Below, piece after piece: positions 10,267 to 18,731 of a stretch of 64,000 nt of DNA. The stretch comes from an uncultured Acidobacteriota bacterium (lineage in GTDB: Bacteria; Acidobacteriota; Vicinamibacteria; Fen-336). The notes under the pieces were generated by a model, which was not told the origin of the DNA, ran no database searches, and was given only the letters and a program-made list of their open reading frames with translations. The stretch lies in NCBI GenBank assembly GCA_963740655.1, contig CAVUFF010000011.1, forward strand, positions 502,834-566,833. Direction: 5' to 3'. Position 1 is the stretch's first letter. The number at the start of each line of letters is the position of its first letter. A program made the position numbers and the translations under genes.

Positions 10267-11510
10267 TTGCCGTGCAGGTCGGCGACGCCGTGCTCGGTCA
10301 CCACGTAGTGGACGTCGGCGCGCGTCGTGACCACTCCCGAGCCCTCGGCGAGCGCGTCCACCACGCGCGACAGCTTACCTCCCTTGGCGGTGGACGGCAG
10401 CACGATGATCGGCTTGCCGCGCTTCGAGCGGGCGGCGCCGCGGATGAAGTCCGCCTGCCCGCCGACGCCCGAGTAGATCGAGCGCCCGATCGAGTCGGCG
10501 CAGACCTGGCCGGTGAGGTCGACGGCGAGCGCGGAGTTGATCGCGACCATGCGCTCGTTGCGCGAGATGACGAAGGGGTCGTTGACGTAGTCCGTGGGAT
10601 GGAACTCGACGAACGGGTTGTTGTGCAGGAAGTCGAAGCAGCGCTTCGTGCCGAGCACGAACGAGGCCACGATCTTGCCGCGGTGCAGCGTCTTCGCCTC
10701 GCCGTTGATCACGCCGGCCTCGAACAGCTCGACGACGCCATCCGAGAACATCTCGGTGTGGATCCCGAGGTTGCGGCGGCCCTTGAGCTCGTGCAGCAGC
10801 GCGTCCGGCACCTCGCCGATGCCCATCTGCAGCGTCGAGCCGTCCTCGACCAGCTCGGCGGCTCGGCGGCCGATCGCCTTCGAGACGTCGCTCACGGCGC
10901 GCGGCACGGGCAGCTCGAGCACCGGCTGGTCCACCTCGACCGCGTAGGTCAGCCGCGAGACGTGGATGAAGCAGTCCCCGAGCGTGCGCGGCATGCGGGC
11001 GTTGACGAGCGCTACGACGTCGCGCGCCGACTCGGCGGCGGCCTTGGTGCACTCGACCCCGACGCCGTAGGAGCAGAAGCCGTGCTCGTCGGGCGGCGAG
11101 ATGTGGACGAACGCCACGTCGACCGGCAGCCGGCCCGACGTGACGAGGCGCGGGATGTCGGAGAGGTGGATCGGCACCCAGTCGGCGCGGCCTTCGTTCA
11201 CGGCCTCGCGCACGTTGCCGCCCGCGAAGAGCGCGCGGTGGCGGAACGAGCGCGCGTGGGCGGGGTCCACGTGCGGCGCCTCGCCCAGCGCCATCAGGTG
11301 CACGAGCTCGACGTCGCGCAGCTCGTCGGCGCGCGCGACCAGCGCGCGCACCAGCGGCTCGGGGTTGCCGCAGCCGGGGTGGACCCAGACGCGGTCGCCC
11401 GAGCGCACGACGCGCACGGCGTCGCGGGCGCTCGCGAGCTTGCCACGGTACTGCGCGGTCCAGCGGGCGGACGTCGCCGTGGCGGCGGCCGGTTCGATCA
11501 GGCACTCCAT
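10170..11510 (-). CDS. Acetyl-CoA hydrolase/transferase family protein (4-hydroxybutyrate/succinyl-CoA:acetate CoA-transferase-like)
   Basis: MECLIEP start with ATG at 11510. Family motifs GIGEVPDALL and GGQADFIRGA. The track ORF's long N-terminal extension overlaps the radical SAM gene and is an artefact. Confidence 0.85.
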   Translation of the reverse strand: MECLIEPAAATATSARWTAQYRGKLASARDAVRVVRSGDRVWVHPGCGNPEPLVRALVARADELRDVELVHLMALGEAPHVDPAHARSFRHRALFAGGNVREAVNEGRADWVPIHLSDIPRLVTSGRLPVDVAFVHISPPDEHGFCSYGVGVECTKAAAESARDVVALVNARMPRTLGDCFIHVSRLTYAVEVDQPVLELPVPRAVSDVSKAIGRRAAELVEDGSTLQMGIGEVPDALLHELKGRRNLGIHTEMFSDGVVELFEAGVINGEAKTLHRGKIVASFVLGTKRCFDFLHNNPFVEFHPTDYVNDPFVISRNERMVAINSALAVDLTGQVCADSIGRSIYSGVGGQADFIRGAARSKRGKPIIVLPSTAKGGKLSRVVDALAEGSGVVTTRADVHYVVTEHGVADLHGKCLRERAQALVAVAHPDFREELLRAARNRRIL

Positions 11511-12655
11511 GTCACGCTCCGTTCGGCGGGCGCCTGCGGCTGGTAGGCGCACCAGGGGTCGGTGGCGAGGTGGTCGCCGGTGAGCGCGAACGCGCGCGCG
11601 CGCGAGCCGCCGCAGCTCGCGCGGAACTCGCAGCGGCCGCAGCGGCCGCGCAGGCGGTCGGGGTCGCGCAGCTCGCGGAACACCGGCGACTCGCGGTACG
11701 CGGCCGCGAGGGACGTCTCGCGCACGTTGCCCGCGCGCAGCGGGAGGAAGCCGCTCGGGTAGATCTCGCCGAGGTGGGACACGAACAGGAAGCCTTTGCC
11801 GGAGTTGACAGCCTTCGGCGACAGGCCGATCGGGGCGTGCGCCATGGTCTCCGACGCGGCTCCGGGCGCGCCCCCGTGCTTCGCGATCCAGCGCCTGTAC
11901 TGCGGCGCCTCGGTGACCTTCAGCACGAAGCGGCGCTTCGACTCGATCGTCCAGAGCGCCTCGTAGAGGCGCTCGCAGGCGTCGGCGCCGAGCCCGCCCA
12001 GCAGGGTCCCGCGTCCCATCGGCACGAGGAAGAAGACCTCCCAGAACACGATGCCTAGGTTCGCCACGAAGTGCCCGAGCTCGGCGAGGTAGGGCGCCGT
12101 CTCGCCGCACACCGTGGAGTTGATCTGGAGCGGAAGGCCGAGCTCCTGCGCCCAGCCCGCGGCCTGCATCGTGCGGTCGAAGGCTCCCGCGGCCAGACGG
12201 AATCCGTCGTGCAGCGCCGCGCGCGGGAAGTCGAGCGAGAATGCGATCTGGTCGAGGCCGGCGTCCTTGAGCTCGGCGAGGCGGTCGCGCGTCAGCTGCT
12301 CGGTCGCGGCAGGAATCGTCGCGACGCGCAGGCCGCGCGCCTTGCCGTGGCGGACGAACTCGGCGAGGTCGGGCCGGTTGAGCGGGTCGCCGCCGCTCAG
12401 GATCAGGAGCGGCGTGCCCATGTCGGCCACCGAGTCGACGAGCCACAGACCCTCGGCGGTCGTGAGCTCGCCGGGGCTGCGTCCCGGCTGGGCCGAGGCC
12501 CGGCAGTGGCGGCACGCGAGCTCGCAGGCCTGCGTGGTCTCCCAGATCACGAGCAGCGGCGCCTTTTCGAAGTCGGGGATCGCGAAGGGGGGCGGGCCGC
12601 CCGGGCGTCGCGTCGTTCCGGCTGGGTGTCCCATTTCGCCGGCCATCAAGAGCAA
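11498..12655 (-). CDS. Radical SAM/SPASM-domain protein, AhbD/NirJ-like (heme-cofactor radical SAM subfamily)
   Basis: PLLVIWETTQACELACRHC (CX3CX2C in the ACxLACRHC context). C-terminal Cys-rich SPASM-type region (CGRCEFRASCGG...WCAYQP). The true start is probably the ATG at ~12646 or ~12634; the track start is a TTG. Confidence 0.7.
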   Translation of the reverse strand: MLLMAGEMGHPAGTTRRPGGPPPFAIPDFEKAPLLVIWETTQACELACRHCRASAQPGRSPGELTTAEGLWLVDSVADMGTPLLILSGGDPLNRPDLAEFVRHGKARGLRVATIPAATEQLTRDRLAELKDAGLDQIAFSLDFPRAALHDGFRLAAGAFDRTMQAAGWAQELGLPLQINSTVCGETAPYLAELGHFVANLGIVFWEVFFLVPMGRGTLLGGLGADACERLYEALWTIESKRRFVLKVTEAPQYRRWIAKHGGAPGAASETMAHAPIGLSPKAVNSGKGFLFVSHLGEIYPSGFLPLRAGNVRETSLAAAYRESPVFRELRDPDRLRGRCGRCEFRASCGGSRARAFALTGDHLATDPWCAYQPQAPAERSVTWSA

Positions 12656-12773
12656 CGGCCGTGCCGATCGACATCAGCGCATTTGCGGGCGATCCCGCCG
12701 CCAGCAGGCGCAACTCGGACGCCGTGCGCCGCGGCGCGCGCAAGAACTGCGGCGCGGGGACGAGCGGCGCAGA

Positions 12774-13016
12774 CTACGCGTGCAGCCGCTGGTAGCGCTC
12801 GAGCAGGAGCTCCTTCGGCTCGGCCGGATCGACGAGGATGCAGCTGGTGGGGCACACGTCGACGCAGCGCGGAGTGTCGTGGGCGCCCACGCACTCCGTG
12901 CAGAGCGCCTGGTCGACCACGAAGGTCGTGCCCGTGTTGCTGATCGCCGTGTTGGGGCACTCCGGCTCGCACGCAGCGCAGTTGATGCAATCGGCTTCGA
13001 CGATCTTCATGGCCAT
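12774..13016 (-). CDS. 2x[4Fe-4S] ferredoxin
   Basis: MAMKIVEADCINCAACEPECP...CTECVGAHDTPRCVDVCP gives two cluster-binding motifs. 80 aa from the internal Met. Confidence 0.8.
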   Translation of the reverse strand: MAMKIVEADCINCAACEPECPNTAISNTGTTFVVDQALCTECVGAHDTPRCVDVCPTSCILVDPAEPKELLLERYQRLHA

Positions 13017-13119
13017 GGAACACCTCGCGTTCGGCGGCGGTAGTGCACGGATCGCGCCAGGTCTACCGAGCCGTCGCGCGGGCACGCGGGTTGCACCTTC
13101 ACGATGCGGAGGTGCCCCC

Positions 13120-14082
13120 ATGGCCGCGCAGGCGCTTCAAGTCCGCAGAGTTCTCTGCGCCACCGACTTCTCTCACTTCTCGGCCGACGCGCTTCGCTAC
13201 GCCGCTTCGATCTGCCGGACGCAAGGCGGCGAGCTCAGCGTCGTCCACGTCCACCCCCGCGAGCTGCCGATGGCCGCGGAGTTCGCGTACCTCTCGCCGG
13301 CCCCGCTCGACCTTCCGGAGCGAGCCGGGCTCGAGTCGAGGCTCGAGGCCTTCGCCGAGCCGGCCCGCGCCCTCGGCGTGCGCACACGCTGCCGCGTCCT
13401 AGAGGGGCGGCCGTCGCGCGAGATCGCGCAGCTGGCGGAGGAGCTGGAAGCCGACCTCGTGGTGGTCGGCTTCCGCTCGGACGCGCGGCTCGAGCACTTC
13501 CTCGCGGGTTCGGTGACAGAGGAGCTGCTGCGCAGCGCGCCGTGCCCGGTGCTGACGGTGCGGCATGGCGTGGGAGGGCCTCCGGACGCGGGCGTGCCCT
13601 TCCGCCGGGTCCTCTGCGCCGCGGATCTCATCGAGCCGGGAGCGGAGACGGTCTCCTACGCGGTCAAGCTCGCCGAGGCGTTCCACGCGGAGCTGACCCT
13701 GCTGCACGCGCTCGAGCAGGTGCCCGAGTTCGAGCCCGGCGCGCTGGTGGAGATCCAGGCGTTGCGGCAGGCCCTGGCGGAGGAGGCCCGGGGCCTTCTG
13801 CGTGCGGCGGTGCCCGAAGCGGACAGGAAGCAGCTGGCGGTGCGCGACCTCGTCCGAGCGGGAAGCGCCCACGAGCGGATCCTGGACGTGGCCCGAGAGG
13901 AGCGCTCGCAGCTGATCGTGCTCGGAGCGCGGAGCCACCGGTCCCTGGGCCGGCTGCTGTTCGGCTCGACTTCCCGCCGCGTGCTGCGCGACGCGCCCTG
14001 TCCGGTGCTGGTCGTGCCGGAAACCACGGCCGCCGACGCCCGCTCCGAGGAGCGGGCGTCGCGCGAGCCAGTGCGGGTCTGA
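13120..14082 (+). CDS. Tandem universal stress protein (2x UspA domain)
   Basis: Two repeats with VLCATDFS...PVLTV and VLCAADLIE...PVLVV architecture. ATG at 13120. Confidence 0.8.
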   Translation: MAAQALQVRRVLCATDFSHFSADALRYAASICRTQGGELSVVHVHPRELPMAAEFAYLSPAPLDLPERAGLESRLEAFAEPARALGVRTRCRVLEGRPSREIAQLAEELEADLVVVGFRSDARLEHFLAGSVTEELLRSAPCPVLTVRHGVGGPPDAGVPFRRVLCAADLIEPGAETVSYAVKLAEAFHAELTLLHALEQVPEFEPGALVEIQALRQALAEEARGLLRAAVPEADRKQLAVRDLVRAGSAHERILDVAREERSQLIVLGARSHRSLGRLLFGSTSRRVLRDAPCPVLVVPETTAADARSEERASREPVRV

Positions 14083-14094
14083 GCCGACGCCAGG

Positions 14095-14415
14095 CTACAA
14101 CCGGAACCGCTCCACGGCGTCGCGCACGATGCCGGCGACGTAGCCGGGCTCGGCCTCGTCGCGCCCGAACGACAGCTGGAGGGACGCACGCCGGCCGCTG
14201 ATGCGGACGACGATCTCTCCCGCGTCGCCACGAGGCTCGATCCGCACGCAAAAGGCGGAGCGCGCCCCGCCCAGGGCTTTCTGCACCTCGTCCCTGAGCA
14301 TGGGCACGAGCGCCTCGTCGTCGAGCAGCGTCGCGCCCAGATCGCCCGTGATCTCGAGCGGGCGGTTGTGCGACTCGGCGACCTCCAGGCCGCTGCTGTG
14401 GCCGACTGCGAGTGT
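14095..14415 (-). CDS. Hypothetical small protein (106 aa)
   Basis: MTLAVGHSSGLEVAESHNRPLEITGD...RDAVERFRL. This is the only non-Arg-rich, balanced-composition part of the long track ORF 14095..15702. No recognised motif. Confidence 0.3.
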   Translation of the reverse strand, partial: TLAVGHSSGLEVAESHNRPLEITGDLGATLLDDEALVPMLRDEVQKALGGARSAFCVRIEPRGDAGEIVVRISGRRASLQLSFGRDEAEPGYVAGIVRDAVERFRL

Positions 14416-14636
14416 CATCTTGACTCTCGGGCTCCGGTCGAGGGCCGTCCGTCCACGAGCCCGATTCCTTTCACTTGCCAGACAGAGCAATTCGCGTGCC
14501 TCGCTCAGGGCGTTCGCGGCGGCCGCGCCGGAAAGGGCACGCGGCCCGCGCCGCAAGGTCTGCCGGTACGCCAGGTCTTGACCTGCAACGTTTGCAGCCC
14601 GGACAAGGGGGCCGGCTGCGCCCCTCAAGGTCGTGC

Positions 14637-15869
14637 TCAAGAACACGTAGCGGCCGCGCGCACGTTGCGGGCGACCATCGCCTTCGCCCCGCGGCGGAGC
14701 AGCGCGAGCTTGAGACTCTGCAGCGGGTAGCGGCGCTCCGAGAGGCTGCGGCACTCGTCCGGCAGCAGCACCAGGCTCACGTGGACGTTCGGGGCGACGC
14801 CGATCGGCAGCCCGCGCTCCATGCACGCCTCGTAGAGGCGCCGGAACACGGGCACGAGCGGCGCCGCCTCGGGCGGCGGCATGTCCGCGTAGTCCGTTCC
14901 CGCGAGCGGCCGGAACACGCACACCGTCGGGATCGCGCCCACCGAGGTGATCCAGTCGATCGCCTTGATCGACGACTCGGGCGGCTCGAGCCCCGCGATG
15001 ATCTCGCCGTTCGTCACCCACGGCTCGTGGCGCGGGCCCCTGCGGCCGAGCGCCGCGCAGTAGGCGACCGCGTCGAGGTAGCGCTGCAGGCCGTACTGGC
15101 GGTGCTTGCCGGGGCAGACGTCCTTGAACAGGCAGGGGTCGAAGATCTCGAAGCAGAAGGAGACGCGGTTGACGCCGAGCTCGCGCAGCGCGTCGTAGCG
15201 CTTGAGGTCCGCGTGGGGCGGCGTCTGGACGCCGACCAGGATCCCGACCTCGCGCTTGATGCGCCGGATGTAGGGCTCGAGGATGTCGAGGTAGCTCTCG
15301 CCCTCGTAGTGGCCGGTGTTGAAGTCCACGTAGGTGAGCCCGGACTCCGCGCGCGCGGCGCGCACCACCTCCATCACCTCCTCGACGGACTTGTCGTCCG
15401 CGTCGTCCACGCCGAGGTTGAGGCCCACCGAGCAGAACTTGCAGTTGGACTTCTGCGGCTTCTCCGTCCAGTACTCGCAGACCTTCGCCGGATAGACGCC
15501 GAGGTAGGTGCCCTGCAGCGTGCCGACGCGGGTCATCGGCTTGCCGGTCGAGGTCTTGCGGTCGTACCAGGCCGGACGCGGCGACAGCTCGAGCGAGGAG
15601 ATCGCCTCGCCGTCGCGCTCGATCAGGTAGGAGCCGTTGCGGCGCCGCAGCACGTAGGGCGAGCGCTGCGCGAAGCGCTCGCTGACCGGGATGTTGGTCC
15701 ACAGGCCCCCCGGCAGCACGGCCTCGAGCCCGCTGCCGAGGCCGGCGCGGGTCCGGAGCACGCGGCGGCCGCCGTCCTGCTCGACGAGGCAGCTGTCGTC
15801 GATCCGCATGCCGCTGCAGTAGAGGTCGAGCTTCAAGAGCGCCGGGTTGCGGCGAACGTCCAGGTCCAT
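14637..15869 (-). CDS. Radical-SAM-like enzyme with non-canonical Cys spacing and an extra N-terminal domain
   Basis: Motif VCEYWTEKPQKSNCKFCSVG (C-x11-C-x2-C) precedes a TIM-barrel-like region. ATG at 15869 is preceded by a GGAGCA ribosome-binding site. Family assignment is uncertain. Confidence 0.5.
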   Translation of the reverse strand: MDLDVRRNPALLKLDLYCSGMRIDDSCLVEQDGGRRVLRTRAGLGSGLEAVLPGGLWTNIPVSERFAQRSPYVLRRRNGSYLIERDGEAISSLELSPRPAWYDRKTSTGKPMTRVGTLQGTYLGVYPAKVCEYWTEKPQKSNCKFCSVGLNLGVDDADDKSVEEVMEVVRAARAESGLTYVDFNTGHYEGESYLDILEPYIRRIKREVGILVGVQTPPHADLKRYDALRELGVNRVSFCFEIFDPCLFKDVCPGKHRQYGLQRYLDAVAYCAALGRRGPRHEPWVTNGEIIAGLEPPESSIKAIDWITSVGAIPTVCVFRPLAGTDYADMPPPEAAPLVPVFRRLYEACMERGLPIGVAPNVHVSLVLLPDECRSLSERRYPLQSLKLALLRRGAKAMVARNVRAAATCS

Positions 15870-15991
15870 TCGTGCTCCTCGCGCTCCAGTATCGGGGAGC
15901 GCGCTCATGACGGCTGTCATGCCGGGCGTGGAACGCCCGCGGCGGCTCGCCGGCGGGGAGGTGGGGGCCGGCGGGCCGCCGCGGGAAACGG

Positions 15992-16816
15992 CTAGCTGGA
16001 TCTCAGGTTGAAGGTGATGACCACGGAGAGGATGAAGCCGGTCGGCTCGCCGTTCAGGAGCAGCGGCTGGTAGCGCCACTGCCTGACCGCACTCATGGCC
16101 GCCTCGTCGAACAGCGGGTGCCCGCTCAGCACCTTCACGGTCTTCACGACGCCGCGCACGTCCACCTCGGCCTCGACCACGACGATCGCGCCGAGGCGGG
16201 CTGCGGCGGCGAGGTCCGGATACACCGGCTCGACGCGGCGGATGATGCGCGGCTGGGCGATCTTGCCGCCGATCCTCACGACCTGCGCCGGCGGCGGGGG
16301 CAACGCGGTGGGCAGCCCGCCGACGACGCCGCCGACGACCCCGCCGGGCACGCCGCCCTCGACGCCGCCCGCCGCTCCGCCCTCGACGCCGAGGTCGAGG
16401 CTTTCCTCGGGCTGCACCACGTTCGGGATGTCGATCGGGGCGACGAACGCCGCGGTGGGCTGCACGACCCTCGGCGCCGCCTTGATGGCCGTCCGCGCCG
16501 CCGACGGTGGAGGGGGAGGTGGCGGCGGGGCCGCGATCTCGAGCGGCTGGACGAAGAAGGCCTTGAGCGCCTCCTGGCTCGGCAGGTAGTCGTAGAACAC
16601 GATCGGCACCAGGACGATCGCCACCACGAGCACGAGGTGCAGGCTCATGGAGACCGCGAGCGTGGCGCTGCGGCGGCCGAAGACCGACGCGTGCTCAGTG
16701 AGCATCAGGGTCGGCGGCGGCGTCGGCGGCGCCTTCGGCGCGAGCGGTGCCGGCGCCTCGAGCTTCGGTTCGGTCGGCCTGCGGACCGCCTCGACGGTGG
16801 CAGTAGCGTTGCTCAT
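15992..16816 (-). CDS. TonB-family energy transducer (C-terminal TonB domain)
   Basis: N-terminal TM anchor. Pro-rich linker (APPPPPPPPS). C-terminal domain YPDLAAAARLGAIVVVEAEVDVRGVVKTVKVLSGHPLFDEAAMSAVRQWRYQP. Confidence 0.75.
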   Translation of the reverse strand: MSNATATVEAVRRPTEPKLEAPAPLAPKAPPTPPPTLMLTEHASVFGRRSATLAVSMSLHLVLVVAIVLVPIVFYDYLPSQEALKAFFVQPLEIAAPPPPPPPPSAARTAIKAAPRVVQPTAAFVAPIDIPNVVQPEESLDLGVEGGAAGGVEGGVPGGVVGGVVGGLPTALPPPPAQVVRIGGKIAQPRIIRRVEPVYPDLAAAARLGAIVVVEAEVDVRGVVKTVKVLSGHPLFDEAAMSAVRQWRYQPLLLNGEPTGFILSVVITFNLRSS

Positions 16817-17130
16817 GCGTGTCTCCCGTCCGACTCATGCAACAAAGCGCGTGCCAGCGCCGAAGCCGCGCAACCCGCTCACGACACGCGATCTGCCGCA
16901 CGGCGAGGGCGGCTCCGCCGAAGGAATTGCGTGTGCGCGCGTCCGCGGCGCGCGATTTTCTGCGCGCCGCAGCGCGTCGGGTTTGCCCGCGCGCGCGCTG
17001 CGTCGCCACTCACTTGCGCCGCCGCGGGTTGGCTACAGCCTCGCGGGCGCCTTGTTCCACGGCCCGGTGCATCGGGACGGTACGTAGATTGCTTGATCTA
17101 CGTTCGGTTCGATTGAATTGGGGTGATCAC

Positions 17131-17898
17131 ATGAAGGTCCTCGACAGCCGCAATCACTGGTCCACCGACGCGGGCGCCGAGGTTCTCGAGGGGCTCGCGC
17201 GCGCCGACACGCCGGCCATGGCGACGGACCCGACCGGACACGTCATCTACTGGAACCCGGCGGCCGAGCGGCTGCTCGGCCGCACCGCCGCGCAGACGCT
17301 GGGCCGGCGCTGCTACGAGGTGCTCGGCTGGCGCGACGTGTTCGGCAACCGCTTCTGCCACGAGAACTGCGCGGTGCTGTCGATGGCGCGCAAGGACGAG
17401 CCGGTGCACGGCTTCGAGGTCGTGACGGCGGGCGCGCCGAAGCAGGAGCCGGTGCTCAACGTGACCGTGCTGCGGATCCCGGCCTCGCGGTCCGAGTCGC
17501 ACACGCTCGTCCACATCCTGCAGCCGATCGAACGCACGGGGCGGCTCGAGCGCGCGCTGGAGCGTCTGGGCGCGAGCCGCGCCGCCGCGGATTCCGCTCC
17601 CGCCTCGGGCGAGGAGCGGCGCTTGCCCGCCGCACGGCCCGTAGCGCTCGCCAAGGCTCCGCCGCTCACCGAGCGCGAGCGCGAGATCCTGCGCTGGCTC
17701 GCGGACGGGCTGCAGAACAAGGAGATCGCACGCGAGCTCGGGATCAGCCTGGCGACGGTGCGCAACCACGTCCACAACATGCTCGAGAAGCTCGACGTGC
17801 ACTCGAAGCTCGAGGCGGTGTCGCTCGCGTTTCGCCAGGGCTGGGTGAGCGCGCGCAGCGACGAGCCGGTGCGGGGAACGGAGCGCGCGCGCGCCTAG
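17131..17898 (+). CDS. PAS-domain sensor fused to a LuxR/GerE-type HTH transcriptional regulator
   Basis: ATG at 17131 (MKVLDSR). PAS-like region (GHVIYWNPAAERLLG). C-terminal LTEREREILRWLADGLQNKEIARELGISLATVRNHVHNMLEKLDVHSKLEAV. Confidence 0.8.
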   Translation: MKVLDSRNHWSTDAGAEVLEGLARADTPAMATDPTGHVIYWNPAAERLLGRTAAQTLGRRCYEVLGWRDVFGNRFCHENCAVLSMARKDEPVHGFEVVTAGAPKQEPVLNVTVLRIPASRSESHTLVHILQPIERTGRLERALERLGASRAAADSAPASGEERRLPAARPVALAKAPPLTEREREILRWLADGLQNKEIARELGISLATVRNHVHNMLEKLDVHSKLEAVSLAFRQGWVSARSDEPVRGTERARA

Positions 17899-17928
17899 CG
17901 CCGGGGGCGCAGGGAGAGGCCGCGGAGC

Positions 17929-18126
17929 TCAGCTCGCGACGAGCCGCTCCAGCGCGTCGCGGTCGATCAGCCGGAAGCCGTCCTTCTCGGTGGCGACGAC
18001 CCGCTGCTTGCCCCAGCGGCTCATGATCCTGATGCAGGTCTCGATCGTGGTGCCGGTGAGGTCCGCCAGGTCCTGGCGGCTGAGGCTCATCGGGATGAAG
18101 ACGCCCTCGGCGTCGGGGCGGCCCAT
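17929..18126 (-). pseudogene. Crp/Fnr-family regulator, C-terminal HTH fragment only (cNMP-binding domain missing)
   Basis: RFGRPDAEGVFIPMSLSRQDLADLTGTTIETCIRIMSRWGKQRVV is the HTH_Crp region. No upstream effector-domain sequence in any frame. Confidence 0.6.
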
Positions 18127-18169
18127 GCGGTCGGCGAGATTCGTCCCGGGCCCCGCGGCGGCGCGTCCG

Positions 18170-18277
18170 GCCGTGCTCGACCGCGTGCGCCAGGAAGGGG
18201 CGGAGATCCGCGGGCTCAGCGCGGAGGAAGGACGCCTCGACGAGCTCTACCTTGAGCTGGTCGAGATGAGCGTATGA
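18170..18277 (+). pseudogene. ABC-transporter ATPase (NosF-like), C-terminal ~35-aa fragment only
   Basis: AVLDRVRQEGAEIRGLSAEEGRLDELYLELVEMS resembles the C-terminus of ABC-2 ATPases. It sits directly upstream of nosL and nosY. No Walker motifs upstream. Confidence 0.4.
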
Positions 18278-18287
18278 GGATGAGCGT

Positions 18288-18731
18288 ATGAGACGGCTCG
18301 CGCTCACCGCCTTGCTCGTCGCCAGCGGCTGCTCCGGGGCGGGGCCGGCTCCCCTCGACACCCGGAACGAGGCCTGCTCCTGGTGCCGGATGGCGATCTC
18401 CGATCCGCGCTTCGCCGCGCAGCTCGTGGCGGCCTCGGAGGAGCCGCGCTTCTTCGACGACGTCGGCTGCCTCGCGACCTACCTCCGGTCGAGGCGCGAC
18501 TGGCCGAAGGGCGCTCGCGCGTACGTCGCCGACCACCGTCACCAGGGGTGGATCGAGGCCGGAGCTGCGGTCTACACGCGCGTCGAGGCGATCGAGACGC
18601 CGATGGGCTCGCACATCGTCGCCCACGCCGACGCCACGTCGCTCGCGCAGGACGCGGAGGTGAAGGCCGGGACCCGGCTGTCGCTGGTGGACGTGTTCGG
18701 CCCCGCGGGCCCTCCCGGGAGGAACCCGTGA
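18288..18731 (+). CDS. nosL: NosL-family copper-binding lipoprotein
   Basis: Lipobox LLVASGCSG. CSWCRM (CXXC-x-M) and FFDDVGC motifs typical of NosL. Confidence 0.7.
   Translation: MRRLALTALLVASGCSGAGPAPLDTRNEACSWCRMAISDPRFAAQLVAASEEPRFFDDVGCLATYLRSRRDWPKGARAYVADHRHQGWIEAGAAVYTRVEAIETPMGSHIVAHADATSLAQDAEVKAGTRLSLVDVFGPAGPPGRNP

Noticed and set aside
10170-12743. 857-aa track ORF that appears to fuse an upstream region to the CoA-transferase
   Set aside because: Only the C-terminal 446 aa (from MECLIEP, ATG at 11510) show family motifs. The N-terminal part is the off-frame shadow of the radical SAM gene.
14095-15702. 535-aa minus-strand ORF covering the radical-SAM-like gene region
   Set aside because: Off-frame Arg-rich shadow. 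Only its 3' 106 codons (14095-14415) have normal composition, and those are reported separately at low confidence.
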